NCBI GenBank assembly: GCA_040954595.2
Contig: CM082584.2
Coordinates: 12,244,875-12,308,874 of the forward strand
Direction of reading: 5' to 3'
Origin: Balanoglossus misakiensis
Taxonomy: Eukaryota; Animalia; Hemichordata
Length of the DNA stretch: 64,000 nt
Shown here: one piece after another, positions 23,480 to 38,196 of the stretch
How the letters are laid out: every line of letters begins with the position of its first letter
How positions within the stretch are numbered: the stretch's first letter is position 1
Notes under the pieces: model-generated
Told to the model about the DNA's origin: nothing
The model's database searches: none
Seen by the model: only the letters and a program-made list of their open reading frames with translations
Program-made: the position numbers and the translations under genes

Positions 23480-24130
23480 TAGAACCTACCGTTTTTCGGG
23501 GTTAGACTATAAGCAGGCGGGCGTAAACAGACAGCCACTGCCAGTTCGATGAAGCGTGGGTGAAAATGACACATTTAGCAAACTTTTTCAACAAATTTAT
23601 AGCGCCCTCACACAGTCATCAAGGTGCAGTGAGTTGAGTCCCTTATCAGCTCAGATAGCTCGCTCTAGTTCCCGACCCCTAAAACCTATTACAGACAGTA
23701 AAATATCCCGGCGAAGTGTTTATACCGCTTAAGAATATTTACAGTTGTATCAATGTATATTTGTTCTTTTCATAATTACGATTTTGTGCTTTTTCCTTGC
23801 TGATATTGCTTTTGACAGATTGTAACCAAGGCTCACTTCGAAACAGGAAATAGCGCTTTGCATTGTGGGACACCGGTTGGCGGAAGTTTTGGTATTCGTT
23901 CTGACTTGTTTTGCTGCGTCCGAGGATAAACATAAAAATTCCGGTTCTGTCGTAGTATACTGATAGTGATGGTAGCCATAACTTGTGATTTTGAAGCGAT
24001 TTATACCCTCTTTGTTATCATCACGTAGGTATATGTCGTTCTAGGCTAGGCCCAGGGAAAGCAAGGGGCGTTCGTTGGGTGTACATGTATGTCGTGCCCC
24101 GAAAAAATGTAACGGTCGATCCTCGAGCTG
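23480..24130. promoter_or_regulatory. Probable bidirectional promoter between the C2H2 gene and the C19orf44-like gene
   Basis: Head-to-head start codons under 1 kb apart; locally CpG-rich; ETS-like gcggaagt near 23880. Inference only. Confidence 0.5.
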
Positions 24131-24177
24131 TGGTTAATAACTGAGGATTCTGTACATGTTTTAAGCTGAACAAAAAT

Positions 24178-27100
24178 ATGTCCAGGTTTGGCAACAGAAG
24201 TTCAGCATCATCAGTGCTCCAGCGAGCTCAAAATCAGCTGCATGGTAAACGGGTTGCAGTTAGTGGAGGAAAGAAAAAAGATGAAGATGATATTGGGGTA
24301 AGCCATTCAACTTCATTTCAACTGGCATTTCAGCTGAATACAGCATATAGCTGCAGTTCAGTAGCTCTAGGTTTAATTGAAACCAACAGGCAAAACCTAG
24401 AGCTACTGAACTGCAACTAGCATACATGTACATACATAGTATGATATGTACATACATATAGTACAATGTAGTATGTTTGACCTTTGTCAAGGTGACAGGA
24501 AAGCTTTGAGTTTCATTCTGTTGCTATTGTGCAGCAGATGCTGTTTGACTCTGAGAAAAGCGAGACACTTCAGTCTCAAATGAAGACATTTGACATTGAT
24601 CCTTAGTTTATGTTGTACTTGTAGGCATACCTGAGTACGTTGAGTTTAAAAACCAGTGCCCAGAAGTCACAAAAAGAAAACATTGACATCAGCGATGTTT
24701 CATTGTCGAGCCAGGAAGTCAAACCAACATTCAGTGCTGAAGCCAGTCGCTTTCTCAAGAAGAAAAAAACAGCCAGTGATACAGATCTGCAGCGAATGAG
24801 CAAAAGTGTGACCCTGTCATCTTCCCAGAAGAAACCAAGCAGCCAGTCAAACCTCCACGTCAGCAAGAGTGTAACGAACTTCAGCTCGTCATCCGCTCTC
24901 AACAAATTTGCCGCCTTTGAGAAAAGGTTTGACCAGAAATCCGACACTAAGGGCCACCGTAAACCAGAAAAAGATCCGAGCCTCAGTGATGATGACTTTG
25001 GTAAGAGTGGGAGCAGGTTTCTCAAGAAAAAACCACAAAGTGCCCCTGTCAGTAAGCAGCCACATTCCTCTGAAAGGGAGAAACATGGCACTTTCACATC
25101 AACCCCAAAACAATCATATCAACGTGCACCGCTGAATAAAGCCGCATCTTTCAACATTGGTGTGAGTGACAGTGATGAAGAATTCATGAGAAATCTCACT
25201 CCTGTCAGCTCACCGGAGATTCCTCCCATCAGAGATGTCTCTGAATTGGAACCTGCGAAGCCAGCTGCCAAGTCAAAGGTAAAGTTCTGTGTATTTCATT
25301 TGTCGGGAGCCCCAAGGCAGTCTTTGGCACTTGTCATTGAAACATCTCTGAATTGATGTACATATTTGTACAATGATACTTGCAAATTTTCCTTTTCCTG
25401 TTACAAATGATTATCTTCATGCACGTTCACTTTGACAGGGCAAGTCTGGTAAGAAGAGTAAGAGGCAGTCGCCAACAAGGAGTGGTAGGACACCAAGTCC
25501 AATACTGAAAAGACGAACACCCAGCCCGCCACTGACTCTGAGGAGACTGAGGCATGATTCGATTGGTAGTGAATCCATCGCCAGTGTGGTTGATGAAGTT
25601 GAAATGAAGATTGACGCCAGTGTCCATGACTCTACAGTGTCAGAGGAAACATTTGCAGGTATGTTATCTCTGAGGCCACTTACAATGTACATTTAACACA
25701 GTGGCCATTGTTTCTAATCTAAGTACATGTACATGTAATGGGTAATAAAGGTGTTTGAGTTGTATGTTGACATGCATATTATTACATGCATTGTATTTCT
25801 GATATCCCCTTTTGAAAGGTGTTCATGTCCTCGGAATCGATCAGCTTCAGGCAACTACCCCGGAACCAGAAGTGCGTTTTGACCCCACCCCCAGAATGAT
25901 CAGTCCGGACGAGAGATCTGACACGGATACTTCCGACCGGATAATGAGCAGCAGAATGAGACCAAAGAGGCAGTCGAGCAGAGACCGGCCGGCTAAGCGT
26001 CAGTTTGGCGTGTTTGGTGCCGAGGATCTCAGGTCAATTGACCAGGCAAGTGAAATTGAGAGTGAGATCTTGACACAGCGTTCTGTCTCTGAAATCAAGA
26101 CGCAGAGCAGCGTGGCCACGCCCCGTTCAGCAAGACTCGGGAGGAGTTTCAGCGGCTATTCAGAAGACACCTACACACAAGATTTCGAGAGTGGCTCTGA
26201 GCTGTCTGATACAGTCGGAAATGACCGATCGGCTTCCCCGAGGGGGCGGAGATCCCCTGAAAGCCGTCGTGCAGCCTGGAGGAACAAGAGACACTCCACG
26301 TACAGCGACGACTTTGAATCATTTCATCAGACAGAGTCCGACGTTACGATTGATCTACCGGAAGATGACTCTGAAAGTCCCAGTTACAGTGAGAGTTTCA
26401 CCTCGTACACAGAGTCGCGCACCATCACGAGAAGCCCAACCCCTCAGAAGAGAAGGGCCAAAAAGAAAGATCATGCAACGAAGGATGTAGCAATCCAAGT
26501 GGATGACGCACTGTCATACAACTGGAAGAAAGGTAAGGTGGCATCATGTTGTATCCAGTGTCTGAATCGTTTACTCTTTTGTTTCAAGTTTTTCATAAGA
26601 GTGTTGATATTGAACATATTATCAACCAACATTGCATTACATGTACATCTCTCTCTTTACTTCCTATATACACATTGTAGACATGGGTACTGCTGTGTTA
26701 GGGCCATCGCTGGGTCTGCAGTATGTTGATCCAAACCCAATAGCAAGTCATGTGATCAGCCCAGATGCAGTAGAAGGTGAGTACACACTGAGTAATCTTA
26801 ACATCCCTGATATGTATTTTGACACACAAGGTATTCCTCTTTAACAAATGATGCAATTTGTGTTAAACATCACACCATGTCTAAATGTGTCACAACCATT
26901 GTGATTTCCCCACTTGAAACAGCACTGACTACATACAGCCCCAGTGTACTAGCCCTGAATGACATGCTGAGGTCACAGATCCAAATCACTCAACAGTTCA
27001 TACAGAATAGTCGACGGATATACCAGAGCTATACTGAGGCCGTCAGCAGCTCCTATCAGTATGTTACATTGGAGGACACAAAAGAGGTAACTATCAAATC

Positions 27101-27363
27101 CAGAATAAGAATCATAATCAGAAGTCTATGTAAGATAATGGGAATCTGAATCTGAGCCTGATTTGACGTGCATTGGTTTCAGCATCAGATTCTTACTGAA
27201 TGACCACATGTGAAAACTGAAAACAGTTGTATATACACATTGTAACCAGTGCTTGATGTCTGTGTGATTTCCCCAGTACCTGCAGAGACACAGAAAGCCA
27301 AGACTAACATTTGAACAAGCTCTGAGACAAGTCAGAGAGGAGATGGGAATGGAAGCCAAGTGA
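24178..27363 (+). CDS. C19orf44: C19orf44-like protein (C-terminal DUF4614)
   Basis: Exons 24178-24297, 24625-25278, 25439-25658, 25819-26532, 26681-26776, 26923-27086, 27277-27363. Ser-rich body with SRFLKK and YSDDFE motifs; C-terminus [41 protein letters not shown]...[25 protein letters not shown] matches the C19orf44 family. Confidence 0.88.
24348..24419. mobile_element. Short MITE-like inverted repeat (27-bp arms, TA ends); solo arm at 23347-23373
   Basis: tagctgcagttcagtagctctaggttt ... aaacctagagctactgaactgcaacta (1 mismatch); the solo copy aaacctagagctactgaactgcagcta is a perfect reverse complement of the left arm. Confidence 0.65.
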
Positions 27364-28479
27364 ATCCACAGGAGAGATGGATATGATGACTGAGACTGCG
27401 GCCATGGCAAGATGATTGTTGTTTTGGACATTTGCGCCTTTGTCAGATGACCTGGCCCCACTGATGTTTTGTATGCATATAGTGAATTCTTTGATTATCA
27501 AACTCAAATTTTGGGCCACACACGAATGAGAAGTAGACAACGCTATTCTGTATTTTTTTAATACCCAGCATTTTAATTATATTGACCTCTTCAACCTAAT
27601 CATTCATTCCTCAAATACGTTCAAGCAAAATTGTTCTCAAATTTGGATCAGCTTTCACAGACGCGTGTCGGCACAGTGTGGTTCCTGTTTTTTCTGACAA
27701 CTCGTTAATTTAATTGCTATAGAACTGTAAATACAGTGTAAGAACATTGACAATTATTTAATAAGCTTTAATATTGTTTGACTATTTCTTATGTACATAC
27801 ATGTAATTTTGAGAATGATTTAGATGTACAATTCTTCAAAGGGAATTTTGTGTAAAATGTACATACAACTTGAAGATACACTTTGTAATTTAAGTGAAAT
27901 AAAGCAAAGAATCTATTTTCAAATACATAACTTTTGTCTGTGTCAAGCTTAAGTTGATTGTCTAAATGTACTCCCACGCTCACCCATTTCTGGAGGCCTC
28001 TGACATTACCCGAAAACTCAGTGATGGACAACGTAGCGTTAGTGTAAAATCAAACATCGATGCAAATGACCGATTTCTGCACAAGTACAAAAGGATCGTT
28101 CATTTTCGATATAGTTGCCTAACAACTTATATATTGGAGTTAACATACATAGCTTTTGGTAACATTTATCGAGAAAAAAAACATTGAAAAAAGGGTCAGA
28201 AAATAAAGCGGTTCATGATGACAGCCAACATTCGCAGTTGAATACTGCGTCTGAAAATTTGTAGGTGACTAGTTCACATTGTGTTGTTTTATACACAGAA
28301 AGAAAAAAATCCATTTGGATTAAATTGAAGAGATTATTGCACACCTTCTACCACGCCTGCTTCGAAAATACAGTTTCATCGAAGATTTTGTTTTGACGAT
28401 ACACAAATGTACATACTACAATTACAACGCCTTGGTCAGTGTTCAAAGGTCAAAGGTTACATGGTGGCTTCTTATATTG

Positions 28480-28900
28480 TATTGACTCTGAAGTATTTGG
28501 CATAACATGGATATGGACTCGTAGAAGCTTGTAGTGCATAGTTCGTAGTACGCTAGGGTCTTTGTCGCTATGAGGTAAGTTACAGGAGAAATTCGTTCTG
28601 ACCAAGATCATTCCTTTGGCGTGTTTTAGATACAGCTGGCGATACATCTCGATCGTCCAGCTGGTACGCTCAGCTGAGCCTGTGTACTGTACTGAAGCGT
28701 CGCGTCGATATTGCTTCCCGTGGTTTGATCTACAATAATGTAGATGTTAGAAGGTCGAAAAACCTATGATATGATACCTTTCCGAGCAACTAAGACGACA
28801 AGAGCTCGTCGATTCGTTGCCCGCAGCCTGCAGCGTCACCATGGTTGCCATAGAAACTAGCAATCGAGAGTGTACACGTAGTGACGTACGTGGTCATGGC
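28480..28900 (+). promoter_or_regulatory. CpG-rich probable promoter and first non-coding exon of the CLIP-like gene
   Basis: CpG-rich patch within CpG-poor surroundings; strong donor gag|gtaagt near 28574; acceptor at 31084 lies upstream of the ATG. Confidence 0.4.
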
Positions 28901-31176
28901 TAAACCAAAGACAGTGCACAAATTTACCAGAAACTTATTACAATGAAAATGAAATCCTATGTACATATATGCCATGCATTTAATCAGAAACAGAATTCTA
29001 GGTAGACTATTTGTTAAAAAATAGTTTTGGCAGCATGATGCAGTGTCAACTGTTAAATCTAATCTTGTGTGATTTTTTTAAGTGAAGAAAAAATGTGTTA
29101 GGGTCGGGGTTTGAACTGGCTTCAGTCGGCAAACATAATATGCTGTATTGCCCCAGGGGTTTCTAGTCAAAATGCATAGTTTGGAATCTGTTCAAATTTC
29201 AAATTCCAACACTCCCCATATTGCTATTGGGACTTTATTTTATTGAGTGAACAGTGCACATGAAGCTAAAATGTGCATGTACATTGTACTTATGCATTTT
29301 TCTTATATAGCATCTTGTACGGTCATAGATTACGGGAAGCTGCAATATTGATAATATAATACTGCATCTTCTTGTTTACGAGCCACTGTTGCCATGACCA
29401 CTTGTGGCTTTAAATGCTTTAAAGGTAACCAAGGCAACATCAGTGTTGCAGCAAAACAGTTTGTTGTACTGTGTCGCTTGGTTCTTTTGGCATCTGAATC
29501 TGACATGACAGGGCACGCTAAAGTTTGTGTGTGTAGATAATTCACTGACCTCCCTGCATTGTCTGCATAGCTTGGCTTGCCTCTGCAGTCAATATACCAG
29601 TCAATTATTAAGCCTCTTATTTGCAATACACAGAGTTTTGTTGGTTTTTCTGGTTAATTTCTTTTACATTTGAAATTAACAAAGATGTGTTTGGTCATTC
29701 CTAACACATGGACAACTATGGCATCTTTGTAAAGTGCTTTATATTTTCAGTCTGATTATCACATACTGTGCATGGGTTTCTATAAATTTGGGAATCCTGC
29801 CAAAAACCTTGTGTATTGTGTGTTTACATGTATACACAGTATTGTGTACTGTAAATAGTCAGATCACGTTCATGTACAGAAGCTTTCTTTACAGTAGCTG
29901 AGAAATAATGATCTCATTTGTCAGCTCACCAATTTACTGACCAATAGATTTTTATCAACCTTGCCACTACAAATCATCCTATTGAAATGCAAATTACATG
30001 CATCTGTGCAGTTTTGATCTCTCAGTCTATTAAAACTTCAGTACTGTATATAAATCATGAAGCCATAGTTAAGAATGGTACATGGAAACGTACGTGTATA
30101 AATGTGTAGATGCCAATCATTACTAATTATTTGCTTTACATGCATAAACAAATCATTGAGCCACATTCTGTGGTTCTTTTTATTGTTAAATGTGTGGCTG
30201 TATTTTGCTGAGGACCAAGTTTTGACTTGCAGTACAACCTGCATAAACTGATGTCATTGCAGTAACAGTTAATGTGCCAACTGTCAGGTTTTGTGAAACC
30301 ATCCATGCATTCCAGCCCTATTCGTTTGGATACACCTGACTGGATTAGTGGAGTTCCATAACAATAGATCTCAATTAGACTGTCCAAGCCATTGGCATGC
30401 AGTGTTTGTCTGCATTAACCTCATTGTCATGCTCAGGGCATCCACATTGTTTGTGGACATGTTGTCGGCCAAAATGTAAATAAATTTGAAAACTTTGTAA
30501 CCGTTGAGAAATAACTGAAGTGCCCTTCACAAGGGGTGCATAGAGTGAGTACAGCGTGACTCGTGTCCGTCTGGAAAGAAATCAGTGTGGTGGTTGTGAT
30601 CACTACCAGTGTGGTTCCTCATTACAAATGTCAGTTGTCTTCTGAAACATCAGCTATGTACATGCAGTCGGAGTTCATGCAAAGCTTGTAGAGAACTGTA
30701 AATGAATGTAAGCAAAACGTGAGTATCCGTTGTCCTTGTATGAATACTATAGGCAGTTGACACGTGGATAGCTACATGCACAACATTCAGTACATGAACT
30801 GTGTGTACTGTACATACTCGGGGTACCAGTAAACATCATGCACCACACATTGTACAATGCACTGTACGGTGTACTATTTATAGTGTGCCTTTTCCAGTGT
30901 TGATGATTCATATATGTATGTGTATCTGTGAGACTCATCACCATTAATTCATATTGTCAAACAATTCAACAGATGTTGTGAAGCATGTGTAATCATTCAT
31001 TGCATGCTATATTTGTCATCAGTCGAGGTGAACACATACATTTGTACTTTTTGTTTCTATGTGTACTTCTTTGTTTTTTTACAGATGAGTATGCAGACCA
31101 CTGATGTCAGTCGCGTAGATGTACATGTGAAACGTGAAAATACTTATTCGTAGCAGTTGTGCGTAAACTTGCCAAA

Positions 31177-34100
31177 ATGACTCTTGAAGATGAAAACAAG
31201 AACAACAGTCTCCTGAAGACTGGTGGTGGTTTCACGTTGGTTGATTTCAACGTTCCTCAACGTGACAAGGCAATGGTGCATTCGGTTCAAGAGGCACCAC
31301 TATGCAACCAGTGTCAGAGACTGGATCTAACCTTCTTTGATCCGCACTGCTCCGGTTGTTACAAGATCCTAATGGATCCCGGCACAACCGTTGCACAGAT
31401 CTTCGCCGTTATCAGACAATGGGTGCCGCAGACCCAGCAAAATATTGAAATGCTTGGACAAGAGGTGGGTACATGCATTTTGCCTCAGGTTACAAGAATC
31501 CTCCATGTCTGTCAGTCCATTCATAGTTTGCGAGTTTAGAATATTCATTCATACTGAGATGAGAATTTCAGTTGAAGCCCTGAAATCCCACACTGATAAT
31601 AATGGATGTATGAGGTGGAGGTATTGCAAATACATATACAAGCCCAGCATGGCTGTCTGTGAACACTGATGGGTTAATAAATCTGTGTCAGGGTACTGAC
31701 TTCGCATGTTTGTGTTAGGTTAAAGATCACTGGCTAAAATATCATTGCTGACTATCAAATGAAACATAATCCAGTCATGAAATCTATTCAGTCGTGTATT
31801 TTATGACCAGAGAAATGGGGCTTTCATTCACATCAGTTTGATTTATGCAGGTTTAAATAAATCTATTCGTTTTGACTGTCAAGTAGTTGCGACCACCATG
31901 GCAAATTTACTAGTAGTTTAATTTATAGGCAATTTGGAAAATAAATAGTTGACCTTATCTGACCTGTGTACTCATAACAGAGCACTCTCCGACTCTTATC
32001 ATTTACACTGTAGTAATGGCTTTATGAATAGGTCACTAACATTTTTGTCGGTCTTTTTTGGTAAATTTTTATCTGTGTCTGTGTCCTGTTAAAAATACCT
32101 TATCTTTAGTGAGAACTTTATTGGCATGTTTACAATCATATATACAGTAAATGTTAAGTGCAGTTAATATTTGACGCACAACATGTCAGTGCAGTTCTAG
32201 CAACAACTGCAAACGCTCAGAATATCTTTCGTTTTTATACCCACACAAGTTGATGTCAGTAACATATTTTTTTCTCTCACCGGGATCGTTTCTTCACAGA
32301 TCTTAAAGAGGGGTGCCCATGTGGACGACCGAGATGGCCTCACAGACATGACTCTGTTGATGTACGCATGCAAAGCTGGCTCTATGGGAGTGGGGGATGC
32401 CACGGCTGCTGTCAACTTCTCCACTATGCTGATAAACAAAGGTGCTGATGTTAGCATTAGGTGTAGATGGACAAACATGTCAGCCCTGCATTACGCTGTG
32501 TATTTTGATGTCACTCCGCTGGTCAGGCTGCTACTCAAAGCTTCCAAGTGTGTTGGTAAGTCGGGGACCAGTTTTCATGTGTTTTTTCTGCAATCAAACA
32601 GGCATTGTCGGGTTAGTGGGATAGACAAATGGAAAAAGGAATAGAAAACGAAATAAAGTCTTTGAAACTGCCAGTTTTTGGTCAACATCCAGTGCATATT
32701 GTACAGTTGTACATCATGTAATTTGGTGAAGATACTTATTCAATTATAATAACTTCTTCCAGATATTGACAGTTTGTGTGGTGAGTTCGACAATGGTACG
32801 CCGCTGCACATAGCAGCAAACAGTTGCAGCTATGAAGCAGCCAAGTGCTTGCTGCAACACGGCGCCAACATCAACATCCGAGACGATCTGGAGCAAACCC
32901 CTCTTGACTGCATCCCTGATCCGGAGGCAGTGAAGCTCAACACGGAAATGGCAAACAACGCGGCCAAGCTGAAGAGAATGTTTATGAGCGAGTCAGACTT
33001 CCAGATCCCCAAATATGGAATGATGCACTATGATAGAGTTTCCGGGAAGGTGGTTCTGTCTTCAATGGGAATGAATCTTGGCGATAGAGTGATGGTTGGT
33101 GGAAGTAAGGTAAGATACTCTTGTACATGTATGTCTGATGCCAATAATTTAGCTCTTTGAAGTAAAGGATGACAAATTTATAACAGTGGATCCTTGTATA
33201 GAGTGGTGGAGAGGGGCGCTTAAATGGTAATGTTGGGAAATAAACAAGCCTCAGAAAGATTGTACATGTATTTGACAGACTCAAATGGCGTAATTATTTG
33301 ACCAACCGTTGGCTGAGCGTGTGTTGACATATGCGGTGAATTAGTTGGATTTGTTTCCAGTGTCGGTTGTTTGATTTTCATTGTGTTTATTTTAATGGTT
33401 CAGCTACAAGGGGAAAGTAACGTTCACCCTGGCATATACGTGCATGGCAGTGTAGGAATTTCTGTGGAGTGGTTTGAAGACACGCATGTATCATGAGAAA
33501 AGTGACAGTATCGAGCCACACATAAATCTGCTTTCGTCTTGGACATCAATAAATCCACAGTCTGATAGTAACATGTCCGGGCGCTGCCGTATTTCCAGTC
33601 AGTCATGTGTAAGGTTGAAGAAATTCAAAGTTAGCGCTTTTTAGTCCACATTGTGGTCCCGATTTGCATCTGAATAGCCGAGCAACAAAGGATACTCTTG
33701 GCATTGTGTTGTAGCTACTTGAAAAGTCAGCCTTTGACGAAATTCACTGTCGGAAGGGGGAGGGGGATTAATAAGTTGTTTGCCGAGATTTCTGAATTGC
33801 GGTGGCCAGTGACGGTTGCGCCCCAATTCATGTCAAGTCTGTGTCTTGTTCTGGTTGTGCTGTTTGTTTATGGCCCAATGATGGCAGCAAGGGCTAGAAA
33901 TGTTGAAAGTGTACATAAATAAATGTATTTGTCATGCAGTAAAATATGTAGTTTTTGTCTGTGTTTCAGTTGGGAACTCTGAGATTTTGTGGGACCACGC
34001 AGTTTGCAACTGGACAGTGGGCGGGAATTGAGTTGGACGAAGCTGAAGGCAAGAATGATGGTAGTGTTGGAGGCATTGCATATTTCGCATGCCCTCCCAA

Positions 34101-37100
34101 ACATGGTGAGTTCATATACATGTACTCTATCTCTCTCATGTATGTGTCTGTCGAATATGCAAACCAAACTATTCAAACAGAATGCTGTCTCACACAGACT
34201 GATATCTCTGGTCCATACGCTTATCCCGGTGTCCATATACAAGTGTTTTTATCCTTTCCACTGGTCGATAATTATTTTATTGTACTTGTAGGTATATTTG
34301 CCCCGATATCCAAGATATCTAAACCGGGAACATCGCCCAGAATGGGTACACCGAAACGGGAACTGATGGGACATGCCAGACACTCCAGGGTCAATGTGTC
34401 GCATGTCACAGCTAAAGTGGACACAGGTATATGTTCATATACTTCAGTATTGGATTTGTTTTCTTTCTATTTTTATGACAATATGGTTTGATTTCCAGTG
34501 ACATGTAAGAAGCAAAGTTTCTGAGTGAAGAGACAAAAAAAAAACTTATTCACTATTAAAATGAATCCTTTCTTTGATTGCTGTTTCAAGGTCTTAATCG
34601 GTCGACGTCCATGTACAGTGTGACTTCAGACCCTGGTGAAATAGGGATCGATGACCGGGTCATAGTGGCCGGCCAGAGGACTGGCATTATCAGGTTCAGT
34701 GGCAAAACAAATTTTGCACCAGGTAGGTTGTGGCTTTGAGTCATCAATCTTGCATTAGTAACAGGCCAGTAGAGTTGACTCAACTTTTACAAGGGCAATC
34801 AACAAAGATCCAATATAATATTGGTACTTTTCTTCTTTTTTGCTGACTCCAGGATGGTGGTATGGCATCGAGTTGGATAAACCTGTTGGAAAAAATGATG
34901 GTTCGGTTTCCGGAGAGAGATACTTCACCTGTGCTCCCAAACGTGGCGTGTTTGCCCCGCCTTCAAGAGTCAAAAAGTGAGTTTTGCCATTATTCAAACA
35001 TTTAAATTTTACTACATTTATTCTGCAGTGTGAGGCTATATATCAGTTTGCTTAGGGTGGAAGCTAGCCAGGCAGAAAATGTGTGTCTCTTCTATGGTCA
35101 ATATACAATACAATTCCCATGATTTCCTTTTAGCATTCAGCTGTTCTGTTGAACGCAATTTCATTATTATATCCTCTTGTTTTAACTTCACAGATGTACA
35201 GAATTATTCACTGGATCCAATGAATCTCTCAACTCTATTGATGATGGTGAGATCTCATTATGAAATTCTATCATTTGATATCTAATTCAGACAGTACAGA
35301 ACTAGTGATACCATTATGTTATATGTACAATGCAGTTGTTAAAATGTGCGTGGTCTTCCATTCTCCATACAGCCATAAAGACCACAGGTCGGGCCAGTGT
35401 TGGCTTCTTGAATCTGAGCGCAACAAAGAAGACACCAGTAAGGTAAGAATGTGACTGCTAGGAGGCAGCATACTGTCATCTGGTGGTAAAGATGTGTCAC
35501 ACAATTCAGTCACATGTAGTCACAGTGTCTGTAGTTTACTGCAGTAACAGCAACCATACTCATCACATTCTGTTTAATACTGTCACACATTCAAACCAGT
35601 TCACACAGTGACTGTAGACATTTGACTCAGGCGATACATTATCACTCAATCCCCTGGAAGCCGATGCCACAAACTTGCTTAATTTCTCTCTGACACATGC
35701 AAGTAAATCACAAACTTCTCTCCCCAAAATCACTTCACATACAGGTAGTGTAGAGTTCACAATCACTGGTAATTTCTAGGATATTGCAAAATCTGCCACA
35801 AGCAAACGTGTCACAGTTGAAAAATCAAGCCACATTGCTACATTTTTCTCATTCGCATAATCTTTCTTAGGCACCAACTTGAAAACATGTATGGTAAGTA
35901 AACTGGACACCCTTGTAACTGAACAGTGGTTTGCTACTTCTATGAGTGTCCAGTTAAAATTGAGGAATTATTGACAACTTCCAAAGTAATGCACACAATT
36001 TTATTTCTTTTCCAACAAGGAAGAGAATTTGCTGAGCCAGTGAGAGTCTCAACTATGTTTTGAAACATTGTCTGTAGGGCCTGGGCTGCGACTAGAAAGT
36101 ATTTGCGTCCGAAAACTTATTTTATGTGTGTGTTTCTCAAGTCTGATTGCATGTACATGTATGTCATTTTTGTGTGTGTGTCTCGTCAGCATGTCAGTTT
36201 CACTAACGGTGTTCATGTTCTTGTTTTTTCTTCTTTTCATGTCAATTTCTATGGTAATTTTAAGGGAGAGGTGAGTTCATGGGTCACAGTTCATGGGTCA
36301 CCATTACATATGGTGAGGTCATCACTGTCATCACACCCATCTGAAATAAAAAAAGCAAAAATAAGCATGACATATTTTGATCCTCACCGTCATTGACAGT
36401 ACAACTCCCCAAAATTGATCTTATAAAGCGTAAAGGAGATATTCTATTGTAGATCTAATAGATCTAACTCACAGCTGATTTTAAGATGATGACACAGATA
36501 ATACTCAGCCCTTTTGGTCTTTCTCTTTCATAGAATCAACACAAAAATCATCACTAAGTTACAAACAAAATAAGTGTGTACAATATTCTCTAGAGGGCGC
36601 TCTATGATTTCAGGCCAAAGAAGGAACATTTTCTTCACTGTGTTACTTGTGTTGTGTTGTTTTGTTGATGTTTGCCATGTTAATGTTCCCTGTTTCCCAT
36701 CTGTTTTCCTTGTAATCTTCATCCGTAACCATCTCACTTTTTTGTATCCGATGGTGTTTCATGGTGGTGTGCGTTGTCTTGGTGTGGTGGTGTAAAGTCT
36801 GTTATCTGTCTAACTTCAGCATGTCACGTCACCTAACTTTCTTGAGAAAACTCATTTCTTGAAAACTTCTTGGGTTTTTAAGGCAACGGTAAAAGGGTCT
36901 ATTTTATGAGAATGTGGTTGTTTTCAACCTCACAACGTTCGGGTGAATACTGTTTTTTTTCATGGATATCCAGGTTCTTCAATGACACACACTACTATAA
37001 GTCAGTCAGTATGCCTGTCTAAGATTTCACTGAAAAATGACACCATTAGAGAATGAGATCTGAAGTGACTTTCACTAAGTCCTAAGCTATGTAGCATGGT

Positions 37101-38196
37101 TAAGCTAAATAAAATGAAATGTTAGCTTGAGTGTAATGTTTATAGTCAAATGTTACCTGTAATGACAAAGCAACTTTTTGTCTACTGGTATGTATTATTC
37201 ACTGTCATGTTTCTGACATTGTGTAAATATATTCCCCCGAACGTCTTTAACTGAAATAAGCCATGCACTAACACACACCAAGCAATCAGCAGCTAATGTG
37301 CACACAGCTCAACAACAAGCCCGCTGCAACCTTGCTGCAGTTGCCGCGCGAATAGTGCAGAATTGGACTTGTTCATCCTCAGCATCAGACAGAGGTTTGC
37401 TGCCACTGGCATTATTAGGGGTGTGAAGGTTTTCAAATGCAATGAATAATCATTTTGTCTAACATGTTTGGATTAGGGGAAATTTAAATGGGTTTCTTCT
37501 TTTTAGAATTTGCACCTCCAGTGTGTTCTAGCTACACAGATTTTATTCCTGCAACCTTACAGTCTAAGGATGAGTGGTTGAGCTCTGGTGTTTGCAGGAA
37601 GTATTCCATGGTGCATTGTGTGAAACTGCTCATCTGTGGTTTTGGTGGTTGTCATGTGAACTGAACTTGACCAATTCTGAAGTTTCAAGTTGCGAAGTGA
37701 TGAGTTTGTTTTAATTTTTGGCACAGTGACATGGAAACTTCAGTGTTGGTGTTCTTATCAGTGTCAACTCGGTGTTATTTTCATCTCTGTCTCGTCAAGA
37801 ACTTGATTTCATTGTGGTATCCATTCCAGGTCAAAGAGTGTGACGGGGTTGCAGAAAACGCCACGGGGCCCGCTCACCATATCCGGGGAATTCCGGCTGC
37901 AGGAAGGCATGGGCGTCTACCTCAACAACGAACTGGGCGTGGTGCGCTACATCGGCCCCGCCCACTTTGCCGACGGCCTCTGGTTGGGGGTGGAGCTGAG
38001 GACAGCCAAGGGGAAAAACGACGGTTCAGTGCAAGGGAAGCGATACTTCTCCTGCAAGCAGAACCACGGCCTGTTGGTCAGACCGAGTCGGGTCACCGTC
38101 AGGGGCATCAAAGGTGACAAACTCATCAGCGAACAACACCAGATGCATTCAACGCCAAAGAGCACAAGCTCCACCAGTATACAGACAGGGATTTGA
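31177..38196 (+). CDS. CLIP4: CAP-Gly domain-containing linker protein (CLIP3/CLIP4 family; ankyrin repeats plus three CAP-Gly domains, CLIP4-like)
   Basis: Coding exons 31177-31464, 32300-32555, 32763-33109, 33970-34105, 34292-34426, 34591-34722, 34853-34976, 35194-35246, 35373-35442, 37830-38196. Contains FAVIRQWVPQTQQNI, DRDGLTDMTLLMYACKAG, ankyrin motifs (ALHYA, TPLHIAA), three GKNDG CAP-Gly motifs and a CLIP4-type end (LLVRPSRVTVRGI). Confidence 0.92.

Noticed and set aside
36020-36039. Possible micro-exon in the last CLIP intron
   Set aside because: It would introduce a stop, and exon 35373-35442 already splices in phase to 37830; no support without RNA data.
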